Shown here: piece after piece, positions 10,265 to 19,806 of the stretch
How positions within the stretch are numbered: the stretch's first letter is position 1
Layout of the letters: each line of letters opens with the position of its first letter
Assembly (NCBI GenBank): GCA_947630005.1
Contig: CANRGB010000001.1
Coordinates: 5,119 to 69,118, forward strand
Length of the DNA: 64,000 nt
Direction: 5' to 3'
Origin: an uncultured Lachnospiraceae bacterium
GTDB lineage: Bacteria > Bacillota > Clostridia > Lachnospirales > Lachnospiraceae
Made by a program: the position numbers and the translations under genes
The notes under the pieces: model-generated
Seen by the model: the letters and a program-made list of their open reading frames with translations, nothing else
Told to the model about the DNA's origin: nothing
Databases searched by the model: none

Positions 10265-11255
10265 GCATATTCTCCTTAATCACAAGGAACAGCAGTTCCA
10301 TCGTCAGTTCAAAATTTACGTTCGCGTCAAGCCGCGCCTTGGCGCTCTCGATCGCTTTCATGACCTCATCGATCCCTTCGTAAGAGCAGACGTTCACGGT
10401 CTCCTGAATGCTGCGGATCTGATCCTTGAACACGATCGCGTTCACGTCCCTGGTGGCCTTAAAATATACCATATCGCGGTACCAGAGCGCAAGAATGTCC
10501 AAGTAATCCTGTATCGAAAGCTTGAATTCCTGGATTCCCTTCACCGCTTCCACAATCTCGCCGAACTCCATCTTCCCGGCATTCTTGATCAGATGCAGCG
10601 CCGAGGATTTGATCGCGTCAAAATCCTCCGAGGACGCGAGGCGGACCGCCTTTCCGATATTTCCCTGCGCGAAAGCCACGCAGATATCCGCCTGGTAATC
10701 CGGGATCTGAATATGCTCCATCAGATACGCCTTCACCTGACTGTCCGGAACCGGCTTCATGGGAAGGATCACGCATCTGGAACGAATCGTATCCAGAAAA
10801 TGCTGCTCGTTCGTCGTCAGAAGAATGATGATGGCATATTCCGGCGGCTCCTCGATCGTTTTGAGAATCGCGTTCTGCGCCTGAACCGTCATCTTTTCCG
10901 CCTCCGGAATGATATAGATCTTGTATTTTCCGCTGTACGGACGGATCTGCACATCTCCGACCAGCTGATCGCGGACATCATCGATTCCGATGCTGTTCGG
11001 CTTCTCGTGCGCAATGCAGATAATATCCGGATGATTCCCGCTCTTTGCCTGCCTGCAGGAATGGCATTCTCCGCAGGGAACCGTACCCTGCCCTGTACAT
11101 TGCAGCGCCATCGCCCACGCCAGCGCCAGCGTCTTCTTTCCGCATCCCTTTTCACCGCTGAACATATAGGCATGTCCAACTTTCCCTGTCTCTATCACAT
11201 GCATCAGCTGCCGTTTGATCTGCTCACGTCCGATAATCTCTTCCAGCTCTGTCAC
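10257..11255 (-). CDS. holB: DNA polymerase III delta-prime subunit
   Basis: HAYMFSGEKGCGK, PCGECHSC, NHPD, AQNAILKTIEEPP, TIRSRC; probable GTG start at 11255. Confidence 0.93.
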   Translation of the reverse strand: MTELEEIIGREQIKRQLMHVIETGKVGHAYMFSGEKGCGKKTLALAWAMALQCTGQGTVPCGECHSCRQAKSGNHPDIICIAHEKPNSIGIDDVRDQLVGDVQIRPYSGKYKIYIIPEAEKMTVQAQNAILKTIEEPPEYAIIILLTTNEQHFLDTIRSRCVILPMKPVPDSQVKAYLMEHIQIPDYQADICVAFAQGNIGKAVRLASSEDFDAIKSSALHLIKNAGKMEFGEIVEAVKGIQEFKLSIQDYLDILALWYRDMVYFKATRDVNAIVFKDQIRSIQETVNVCSYEGIDEVMKAIESAKARLDANVNFELTMELLFLVIKENMHD

Positions 11256-11418
11256 AACAATGCACCCCCTTTTGTTTTCCTGCGCGCTTCCTCCCCGCTG
11301 TCGGAGGCCAAACGCGCGCTCTCTCCATAATAGCATACTTTACAGCAAACGACAAATAAATTTACGGTTTATCTATAAATAGTATGCGGAATATCATAAA
11401 TTGCGTCCTCTTTTATTT

Positions 11419-12021
11419 TCAGGCATCCTGGTTCCGGAAGGACTTTATCAGCTCCGTGATTTTCTCCACGCAGTCCTCTTGTCCGCCGTTGTTGGAAAAT
11501 CTGCGCGTGATTCCCGCCGCGCGGATATTCTCCTCCGAGAAATCCTCCTGATCCGCCAGAAAGCGGCGGCACATTTCCCCGTAATCCGGGACCTTCTCCC
11601 TGTTCTCCCGGAAAAGCGCCCTTCTCAGGCGCTCGCCGTCTTCCACCTCAATATAGATCGGAATGATCCGGTCTTCTCCATAATACCGGCGCAGCTTCCT
11701 GTAGGATTCCAGCGTCCCGACGGCCAGATAATCGTCGTCCGCGAGACGGATCCGCTCATCATCCGCCGTAAAATAATACCAGATCCCCTGCACGGTGTCA
11801 TAGGAGCGCAGTTCAATGATGCGGCCCTCTTTCTCCATCCGGCGCATCTTTTCCTCATCCACAAAGTGGTACTCCACGCCGTCCGTCTCATGCGACCGGA
11901 TCGGCCGCGTGGTGTAGATCACGAAAGGGCGCAGCCCGAGCTCCCTGCGGGAGAGAAGATCCGCGTAAACGCTGTCTTTCCCGGACGCGCTCTTCCCCAT
12001 TATATAAAATATTTTTCCCAT
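11419..12021 (-). CDS. Guanylate-kinase-like nucleoside monophosphate kinase
   Basis: P-loop GKSASGKD; YTTRPIR..E.DGVEYHFV typical of the Gmk family. Confidence 0.85.
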   Translation of the reverse strand: MGKIFYIMGKSASGKDSVYADLLSRRELGLRPFVIYTTRPIRSHETDGVEYHFVDEEKMRRMEKEGRIIELRSYDTVQGIWYYFTADDERIRLADDDYLAVGTLESYRKLRRYYGEDRIIPIYIEVEDGERLRRALFRENREKVPDYGEMCRRFLADQEDFSEENIRAAGITRRFSNNGGQEDCVEKITELIKSFRNQDA

Positions 12022-13547
12022 TTTCCTGCCTCCTGCTCCGAAGTTCCTCTGCCGTCCTCGGGTTCCGCAATCACAAGGATCGTCTCCCCCGAATAGTCCG
12101 TCAGTCCCTGCAGCTCAAATCCCTGTCTGCGGCAGCCGTCCAGCCGGTCGAGAAGGCGCCGGGTAATCCGCTCCCCCGGAATCAGAAGCGGTATCCCCGG
12201 AGGATAAAGGTAAATATATTCTCCCGAAACGCGGCCCGCGCTTTCGCAAAGCGGCAGCCTGCGCTTCTCTCTGTTCTCGGCCTCCTCAAGGCTCAGGACT
12301 TCCTCGTTCGCGGGCTCTGTATCCGCGGTGTGCAGGGTTTCGCTCTGCCGCCCTGTTTCTTCCGAAGTATGTAAGACTTCAGTCTGTCTCTCTGTCTCTT
12401 TCTCCGCCGCGCCCCCGGCTCCGGTCAGCTCCGCGTCGATCTCCAGCAGCGCGCCGCACAGCCGGTCAAATCCCTCCTGTGTGTCCGCAACCGAAGTCAG
12501 AAACGTCACGTAATGCTCCGCAGCCATCTCCGCCTGAATATGATACCGGTCAAGAAGAATCCGATACAGTTCACGGCCGCCCGCCGCGCAGTTCTCCGTC
12601 GAGACCAGAATCCTGGATCTGTCATAGTCATAGCAGTAAAGCTCTTTTTCCGTCCCCGTGACCAGATGCAGCGTCTTCATCTCCGACAGACGCGCGCGCG
12701 CCGACTCGATCCGCCCGCAGAACAGATCGAACAGCTCCCGGCCGCGCTCCTCCATCAGGGCGACACAGCAGTCGATTCCCGCCATCAGGACATAGCTCGG
12801 GCTGCTGCTCTGATAAATTTGAAGATACTTCTTCAGCCTGGCGCGGTCCACTCTCGGGCCGCAGACGTGGAGCAGAGCCGTCTGAGTCAGAGACGGCATG
12901 GTTTTGTGAATGCTGTTTATCACAATGTCCGCGCCGCATGAGACAGCCGACGGGGGAAAATACGGATGCATCGCAAAATGCGCCCCATGCGCCTCGTCGA
13001 CGATCAGGAGCGCCCCGTGCTCATGCGCCGCGGCCGCGATTTCCCGGATGTCGGACACCACGCCGTCGTAGGTCGGGGAAGTCAGAAAAACCGCGGATAT
13101 CCCGGGATTCTGTTCGAGAAGCCTTCGCACCTTTCCGGGATCCGCGCTTCCGTAAATCCCGCGCGTCATATCCGTGTCCGGATAAAGCCACACCGCGCGG
13201 AGCCCGTTCAGAAACAGCGCGTGGTACGCGGATTTGTGGCAGCTGCGCGCCATCAGGATACGCCCTCCGCGCCGTGATGAGGCCGATATCGCCGCCAGAA
13301 TCCCCGCCGTGCTTCCGTTTACAAGATAATACGTCTCCTCCGCTCCATACAGGCGCGCGGCCCGCTTCTGCGCCTCAAGCAGAATCCCTTCCGCGTGATG
13401 CAGATTGTCAAATCCTTCGATCTCCGTGATATCGATCGCGAACGCGTCCTGAAAATGGCGGATATTCCGCTTATGTCCCGGCATATGAAACGGATAGTAA
13501 TCCCGGCCGCTGTATTCCCGCAGCAATTCATACAGATTCTTCGTCAC
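12000..13547 (-). CDS. Orn/Lys/Arg decarboxylase family, PLP-dependent (YaaO-like)
   Basis: PFHMPGHK, VNGSTAG, DEAHGAH, SIHKT (PLP lysine), SSPSY, YPPGIP. Confidence 0.92.
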   Translation of the reverse strand: MTKNLYELLREYSGRDYYPFHMPGHKRNIRHFQDAFAIDITEIEGFDNLHHAEGILLEAQKRAARLYGAEETYYLVNGSTAGILAAISASSRRGGRILMARSCHKSAYHALFLNGLRAVWLYPDTDMTRGIYGSADPGKVRRLLEQNPGISAVFLTSPTYDGVVSDIREIAAAAHEHGALLIVDEAHGAHFAMHPYFPPSAVSCGADIVINSIHKTMPSLTQTALLHVCGPRVDRARLKKYLQIYQSSSPSYVLMAGIDCCVALMEERGRELFDLFCGRIESARARLSEMKTLHLVTGTEKELYCYDYDRSRILVSTENCAAGGRELYRILLDRYHIQAEMAAEHYVTFLTSVADTQEGFDRLCGALLEIDAELTGAGGAAEKETERQTEVLHTSEETGRQSETLHTADTEPANEEVLSLEEAENREKRRLPLCESAGRVSGEYIYLYPPGIPLLIPGERITRRLLDRLDGCRRQGFELQGLTDYSGETILVIAEPEDGRGTSEQEAGKWEKYFI

Positions 13548-13889
13548 TTATTCCCCTCCGTCTCTCGTTGTACATCTAAACCTGAACTGATCGTTTCAGG
13601 TATCTTAAGCTTATCTGTGGTTCTGATCCGCCGTCCTCCTGTCTGACTCCCGTCCGGCAGTTCCGCAAAGAGCGGCGGCATCCCAAACCGCAAAGCTTTT
13701 ATAGCATATCCTCCGGAAACAATCAAGCGGAAAGGATGAGCGCGGCGCGTTTAACAAATTCTTAACAACGAGCGCGCCCAAAACGCCCGTTTTTAGCGGT
13801 CATTCCTGAAAATAAGGCGAATCCCGCCCCGCAGAATCCCCCTTCTGAAAAAAATGACTCCAACATTTAACATTTTTTTAAAAAATCTG

Positions 13890-13918
13890 TTGCAATTTCG
13901 TGGAAGTTATATTATAAT
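13890..13918 (+). promoter_or_regulatory. SigA-type promoter with no downstream ORF
   Basis: TTGCAA (13890-13895), 17 bp, TATAAT (13913-13918); A-tract upstream. Confidence 0.75.
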
Positions 13919-13921
13919 CTC

Positions 13922-14030
13922 TTTTGTAAAAAGAATTTACCCTTCAAAAATTTTTTTTACAAAACCCCTTATTAATTATTTATACTCCCCTCGAGACAGC
14001 CGATAGCTCCCCTATCGGCTGTTTCACTTT
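13922..14030 (+). ncRNA. Candidate small RNA of about 105 nt with C-rich motifs
   Basis: Follows a consensus promoter. 5' hairpin 13922-13964, C-rich linker, terminator-like hairpin ACAGCCGATAG-CTCCC-CTATCGGCTGT followed by TTCACTTT. Confidence 0.6.
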
Positions 14031-14059
14031 GCGCCAAAAGCAAAGCGGAGAGTTTTCTC

Positions 14060-16991
14060 TTAAAATTTTAACCGGCCAAGCCGCACTTCTTCCATATAGC
14101 GCGCCATATCTTCATCGAGACTGTCAAACAGATAATTTCTCCCGCTGCTCTCCCGCCTGCTGCGGCAGACCTGACGGATCTGTTCATTCATGATCAGAAT
14201 CTCTTCCTTCAGATCCGACGCAGACAGTCTTCTCGCCCCCCTCGCCAAGGATAATGACCTGTTCCAGGCGGTCGGAGGTCGCCACGGTGACATGATAGCG
14301 TCTTCCGATCTCGCGCACGGTCTTCTCAATATACTGATCGGCCGTCTCCGCTTCCTTTGTGTAGACGATATAAATATTGTGATACTTTACAACTTCCCCT
14401 GTAAATCCTTCCACCTTGTACGCGTCAAACACCAGGATCAGCCGGCAGCCGGAAAATCCCTGATAATTGCAGAGAACGTCCATCAGCTTTGTCCGCGCGG
14501 CCGCGATATCCGTATCGGCAAGCTCCTTCAGCTCGTCCCACGCGAAAATAATATTATAGCCGTCAACCAGCAGATACTCATCCACAGGTTCCTGCTTCTT
14601 TGCCTGGCGGCCGGACGGACCCGCCTCGTTCTTTTCCGCCCCGCCGCCCGGACGGGAGGAATTTCTCTCCGCCGCGCCGGAACTTTTCTTTCCCGCGCCG
14701 CTCCCCGCCGCAAAAGTGCTTCCCTTCGTACGTTTCCACGCCGTCCGCGATTCCCCCGTGGAAGTCCCGTAAGTCCGGTCAAAAATCGCCTTCAGTTCTT
14801 CCTCGTCATGAAACCGGTCCGCGTACGCCGTCCCGGACGGCACACCCATCCTGCGCGGCGCTCCCGCGCCGGACGTATCCTCCGCCGGCGTTTCCTCCGC
14901 CATTCCCGCGCCGGCGTCAGAGTCCGCAAAAGACCGCCTGCCAAAGAGCGCTCTCTTTTTTCCGTCCCGATCCGTGACCCACTCCACGCCGCCCGAAACG
15001 TGCATGTAGGAGTCCGCCTTGTCCCAGCTCACCACGAATCCCGCCCCGTGCGCGCAGAAAACAGATCCCGTCGGATTCTCCAGGTCTCTCTCCGAATCGT
15101 ATCCGGCCGCCTCGATGATCTCCTCCGCGTTGTGGCACGGCCTGTACCCGTCAAGGCGGAATGCCAGCCGCCCGCGTCCCTTCGTGTACGCGCTGACCTC
15201 CGTCTGGTAGCCGCGCATCTCGGATACGGGCGCGCTCCCCGTCAGCACGGTCATATCGCCCGCGATCTCAGGCGGCTCGAAAGAACCGCACATGCGCTGG
15301 ATATCCGAGAGCGCCCGTCCGACCATCTCCGACGGGACCTCAAGGCGGAACGCGTAAAACGGCTCCAGCAGAACGCTCTCGGCCTTCTTCAGCCCCTGCC
15401 GCACCGCCCGGTAGGTCGCCTGCCGGAAATCTCCGCCTTCCGTATGTTTCAGGTGAGAGCGGCCCGCCGTCAGCGTGATCCGCACGTCCGTCAGCGGCGC
15501 TCCGGTCAGAACGCCGGCATGTTCTTTCTCCAGCAGATGCGTGAGCACCAGCCTCTGCCAGTTCAGGTCAAGATCATCGGTGCTGCAGGCGGACTCGACC
15601 TGGATCCCGCTCCCCGGCTCCCCGGGCTCAAGCAGCAGATGCACCTCCGCGTAATGGCGCAGCGGCTCAAAATGTCCGGCCCCCTCGACCGGTTCCCGGA
15701 TTGTTTCCTTATATACAATATTGCCCGTGCCGAACGTGACCTCCATCCCGTAACGGTCCCGGATCAGGCTCTGCAGGATCTCGATCTGCACCTCGCCCAT
15801 CACCTGCGCGTGTATCTCGCCAAGCTGCTCGTTCCACACGATGTGAAGCTGCGGTTCCTCCTCCTCGAGCTGCCGCAGTTTCTGCAGCGCCGTATGCGCG
15901 TCGCAGTCCTCCGGAAGGTCAATGCGGTAAGTCAGCACCGGGGAGAGCACCGGAAGCACCGTCTCCCGCTCAATGCCAAGTCCCTGCCCCGGCCAGGTCT
16001 TCGCAAGCCCCGTCACGGCGCAGACAGTCCCGGCGGGCGCCTCCTGCACCGGCTCGAATTTTGTCCCAGAGTAAACACGGATCTGATCCGCCTTCTCCTC
16101 CCAGATCTGATCCTCCGGAATTTCCTGGTCCATTCCGCCTTCCGGCGCCTCCGGCCGGCGGTTCGTCAGCACCATCCGCGCCCGCAGACTGCCACCGGTG
16201 ATCTTCATGTGCGTCAGGCGCTTCCCCTGCTCGTCGCGGGAGATCTTGTAAACCCTGGCGCCGAATTCCTCCGGATAAATCGGGGCAAGCGTATAGTCCG
16301 CCAGTCCCCCGATCAGCTCCTTTACACCGGTCAGCTTCAGCGCGGAGCCGAAAAAGCACGGGAACACTTTCCGCTCCCGGATCATCCGCGCCGTGTCCTC
16401 CTTCGTCACTTCGCCCGTCTCCAGGTAACGCTCCATCACGTCCTCGTCGCACATCGCGAGATTTTCAAGAAATTCTTCCGAACTGTGATCCTCTCCAAAA
16501 TCAATGCAGTTTCCGTCCAGCCTGCGGACAAGCTCCTCCATTCTTGCTTTCCGGTCCGTCCCCGGCTGGTCCATTTTATTTACAAATAAAAAAACCGGCA
16601 CCCGGTACTGCGCGAGCAGTTTCCAGAGTGTCTCCGTATGTCCCTGCACGCCGTCCGCGCCGCTGATCAGAAGCACAGCGTAATCCAGCACCTGCAGCGT
16701 GCGTTCCATCTCCGCCGCGAAATCCACATGCCCCGGCGTATCAAGAAGCGTCAGCTCCATATCTCCGAACGTAAGCCGCGCCTGCTTGGAAAAAATCGTG
16801 ATCCCCCGCGCGCGTTCCAGCTCAAACGTGTCGAGAAACGCGTCTTTGTGGTCGACGCGTCCCATCTTCCGGATACTGCCGCCAAGATACAGCAGAGCTT
16901 CCGACAGAGTTGTTTTTCCCGCGTCGACATGGGCGAGGATGCCAAGGCAGATATGTTTTCCAGACTTTCCCTTTTTCGTCTGTTCTCCCAC
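14060..16991 (-). CDS. EF-G/TetM-like translational GTPase fused to a C-terminal NYN (YacP/Rae1-like) RNase domain; apparent +1 frameshift near the C-terminus
   Basis: GTPase motifs AHVDAGKT, RGIT, DTPGH, NKMD; EF-G-like domains III-V; NYN motifs LLVDGYNIIFAW, VFDA, ETADQYIEK, VATSD. As read, the ORF ends at 14184; the natural-looking tail (GARRLSASDLKEEI...LGRLKF) is in another frame ending at 14060. Confidence 0.88.
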
Positions 16992-17148
16992 AAAAATGCC
17001 TCCTCTCGTAAAAATACTTTGTCAAGTATATCACAGGAAGAAGCATTCGTCGAGGTATCGCTCCCTATAAGAGCAGGAACTTTTTGGTCTTGTCTGGTTC
17101 TTGTGTCCTCACGGGATTTTGCGCCGGGACCCGCGGGCAGATTCCGGA

Positions 17149-18258
17149 TCACGGCGTTATCCGGCCAAAGCCCAGCTTCCGGGCCAGTCCCAGGGACGCT
17201 GTATTCTGCGGATGAATCCTGACCAGAACCGTATCCGAGTGCAGCACGGCAAACGCGTAATCCAGCACCGCCCGGCACATCTCATATGCAAAGCCCTGCC
17301 TGCGATAATCCTCCGCGACAGCATAGCCGAGTTCAAGGCAGAACGGTTCTTCCGCGCTCCCGGGCAAATGTTCACGCACAGCGTCCTTCCTTAGGACAAC
17401 GTACCCGTTATCCTCCCCTGCTTCATAATCCTTCAGACCACAGCGGCCGATCACCGTTTTCTGGCGGCCCGATTCCATCCGCTCGACGGTCCAGTACCCA
17501 TATCCGTAAAACGGATAAACATTCTTAATATAAGAACAAAATTTTTCTTTTTCACTGTCCTCTTCCGAAATGCAGAAGCCGGTCTTCTCCTGTTTTTCCC
17601 GGCTCTCCCCGCAAAACTCCGGAGCCGATTCCAGCTGATAAACCGCCTCAAAATCTTCCGGTACGCTTTCGCGGATCAGCAGACGCTCCGTGCGGGCTAT
17701 CACAACCGGATCTCCGTAAAAACGGCAGCAAAACTGTTCGAGTTCTTCCGGCTCCCTCTCTTCAAAACTCTCCCACACCATCCGGACATGTGGAAAATAT
17801 CCGGAGGCTGCGCCTTCTTCCCGTCCCGCCGTTTCTGCTGACGTTTCTTTCGCTGCTTCCGTTTCTTTCGCTTCTGCTGCTGCTTCCATTTCTTTCGCTT
17901 CTGCTGCTGCTTCCGTTTCTTTCGCTTCTGCTGATTCTTTTGTTTCTGCTGCCTCTTCCGCTGTTTTCACTTCTGCTGATTCCTTCCCTTCTGCCGGGCA
18001 GTATCCGACACAGGCAATTTTCTGCAGTTCGCAGAGTCCGGCCGCTTCCGCATCATCCGTGATCACCAGAATCCGCCGGGCAGAAAGCGCAAAGGAAGGC
18101 TCCGACGGATCCGCCGGAACATCCGCCCCGTTTTTCTCATTTTTCCCCGTTTCTTTGCACATATGGCAGGGGATTCCCCGCGCCTTCAGTTTCCGCATAA
18201 AAGAAACGCAGTCTGCCCGATGGCGCTCCTGTTTCATATAAAATAGTATCTGATTCAT
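17149..18258 (-). CDS. GNAT (RimJ/RimL-like) acetyltransferase with an N-terminal extra domain and Ala/Glu repeats
   Basis: TERLLIRE, GYGYW, IGRCGL, LELGY.VAEDYRRQGFA, NTASLGLARKLGF; RBS GGAGG before ATG18258; 27-bp repeats at about 17850-17935. Confidence 0.82.
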   Translation of the reverse strand: MNQILFYMKQERHRADCVSFMRKLKARGIPCHMCKETGKNEKNGADVPADPSEPSFALSARRILVITDDAEAAGLCELQKIACVGYCPAEGKESAEVKTAEEAAETKESAEAKETEAAAEAKEMEAAAEAKETEAAKETSAETAGREEGAASGYFPHVRMVWESFEEREPEELEQFCCRFYGDPVVIARTERLLIRESVPEDFEAVYQLESAPEFCGESREKQEKTGFCISEEDSEKEKFCSYIKNVYPFYGYGYWTVERMESGRQKTVIGRCGLKDYEAGEDNGYVVLRKDAVREHLPGSAEEPFCLELGYAVAEDYRRQGFAYEMCRAVLDYAFAVLHSDTVLVRIHPQNTASLGLARKLGFGRITP

Positions 18259-18348
18259 TTTTCCTCCGATTTCCGTTCCGGTCTGATATACAGAGTTTCG
18301 TTCCTGATCATGATACCATAATACGCTCAAAAAAATTTAAAAAAGTGC

Positions 18349-18377
18349 TTGCATTTTCCGGGAAACAGTGCTACAAT
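18349..18377 (+). promoter_or_regulatory. SigA promoter of the tRNA locus
   Basis: TTGCAT, 17 bp, TACAAT, with extended -10 TG. Confidence 0.7.
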
Positions 18378-18422
18378 GAACAAGCTTGAGTTGAGAAGCA
18401 CTAAAATACTTCAGGCTCGCGG

Positions 18423-18496
18423 CGATGCGTGGCTCAGCTTGGTAGAGCGCTGCGTTCGGGACGCAGAGGTCGCAGGTTCAAATCCTGTCGCATCGA
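18423..18496 (+). tRNA. tRNA-Pro (CGG)
   Basis: Acceptor stem CGATGCG/CGCATCG, anticodon arm CTGCG-TTCGGGA-CGCAG, T-loop GGTTCAAATCC; CCA not encoded. Confidence 0.95.
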
Positions 18497-18572
18497 CTCC
18501 TTGGCAGGGGCAGCGGAACCCTTGATAATCTGGGGTTCCGTTTTCTTTATAAAAATATCGAATATAAAATAT

Positions 18573-18643
18573 GCGGGTGTAGTTCAATGGTAGAACACCA
18601 GCCTTCCAAGCTGGACACGTGGGTTCGATTCCCATCACCCGCT
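18573..18643 (+). tRNA. tRNA-Gly (TCC)
   Basis: GCGGGTG/CACCCGC acceptor, anticodon arm CCAGC-CTTCCAA-GCTGG, GGTTCGATTCC. Confidence 0.96.
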
Positions 18644-18715
18644 TTTTTATGTCTTAAAGGGATACTGCACGCAGTATCCCAATTTTTACAGGCAGGCACG
18701 ATTTTTTTACAGGCG

Positions 18716-18744
18716 AGGCCCTCATATCAAAGATATGAGGGCCT
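18716..18744. terminator. Hairpin between the convergent tRNA and XRE genes
   Basis: AGGCCCTCATATC-AAA-GATATGAGGGCCT perfect inverted repeat. Confidence 0.6.
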
Positions 18745-18957
18745 CTACATCACCGTTTCATCAGGAATATGCTCCATAATGTCCTCTACGCGGCAGTTCA
18801 GAATCGTGCATAGCCGGTCAACCGTATTGACTTCTATATTCTTGTTTTTTCTGAGGCGGTCAAGCAGAGAGCGGTTGATACCATATTGCGTATAGAGTGC
18901 GTATTGTGTGATCCCTTTTTCTTTCATGGTGACCCATAATGGACTATACGTAATCAT
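18745..18957 (-). CDS. Small XRE/Cro-like HTH regulator
   Basis: MITYSPLWVTMKEKGITQY...TVDRLCTILNCRVEDIME; RBS AGGAGGT. Confidence 0.88.
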   Translation of the reverse strand: MITYSPLWVTMKEKGITQYALYTQYGINRSLLDRLRKNKNIEVNTVDRLCTILNCRVEDIMEHIPDETVM

Positions 18958-19433
18958 GATTTAACACCTCCTTATCTCCAGTAACAGCTGGTTTTATTTG
19001 CACAGACAAAAACGGAACATCTGTCCGGGCAGTATAATTGGTGTATAAAATCAGTTTTACATCTACTCTTATTATGGTGTCAAAATCATAATAATGGTAG
19101 TGTTCTTATAAAAACAATTTTATCAGTTTTCACAAAATTGTGTCAAAAAACCAGCATTAATTGAGGAAAATTCTGAATTATTTGCAATATTGTTCCATGT
19201 GTGTGGCATTTTGCATGGACAATGGTATAAGTTTTTCCAAAAACTGTATAAATTCAAAAAAAGAACATATTCTATATGTGTAATTCCGCATGATCCTGAA
19301 TCTTATACTGGAAAAATCCGGCGTTATGAGGTATTATAGTCCTGATACAGGAGCTGAGATATCATTCTGTCCGGCGCAGATGACAAGAACTGCCGGGCAT
19401 GGATATATAACAAAAATAAAGGAGGATAACAAT

Positions 19434-19589
19434 ATGAAATACGTATGCGAAGTATGCGGGTGGGAATATGATGAGACCGCCGGTGATCCGGAGCATGGCA
19501 TCGAGCCGGGAACCAAATGGGAAGATCTCCCGGATGATTTTGAATGTCCGGTATGCGGAGTAGGCAAAGATCAGTTTGCCGAAGCATAA
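19434..19589 (+). CDS. rd: Rubredoxin
   Basis: [13 protein letters not shown]...[20 protein letters not shown]; RBS AAGGAGG. Confidence 0.97.
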   Translation: MKYVCEVCGWEYDETAGDPEHGIEPGTKWEDLPDDFECPVCGVGKDQFAEA

Positions 19590-19614
19590 AGCAGACCCGC
19601 ATCACTCAAAGGGA

Positions 19615-19702
19615 ATCGAGCAGGAGGCGGCTTTTCCTCCTGCTCGTCTGCGCGGCCCAGGTGCTGCGTCAGCAGCTGGTTTCCATGCCTGGGCCTGTGC
19701 AT
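19615..19702 (+). repeat. Interspersed structured repeat of about 90 bp, copy A
   Basis: ATCGAGCAGGAGG..CCTCCTGCTCG..GCGCGGCCC..TGCTG.CAGCAGCTG.TTTCCA..GGGCCTGTGCAT; similar copies at about 36512, 50914 and 52285. Confidence 0.85.
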
Positions 19703-19806
19703 GAGACAGGAACGAGCCGAAATACGCCGCGCGGGTTTCGACTCGTTTCTTTTTTGTAATGTTGTTTCTTCTACGTTCGATAATTTCACAGAATACGGGG
19801 AAATGT

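Noticed and set aside
14190-16589. Long plus-strand ORFs antisense to real genes (also 2121-3752, 36818-38695, 55226-57058 and others)
   Set aside because: Shadow ORFs caused by high-GC codon bias; no motifs or RBS.
14184-16991. Bona fide tetracycline resistance gene (tetM/tetW/tetO)
   Set aside because: It is much longer than ribosomal protection proteins, carries an NYN domain, has host-like GC and sits in a core context with no mobile element.
18423-18957. Prophage or ICE integrated at the tRNA genes
   Set aside because: No integrase, and no duplicated tRNA 3' end noticed in the window; only a lone XRE gene.
19615-19702. Repeat element as a hammerhead or other known ribozyme or riboswitch
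   Set aside because: The CUGANGA/GAAA core is not present in the right order on either strand, and I could not match another known consensus by eye.
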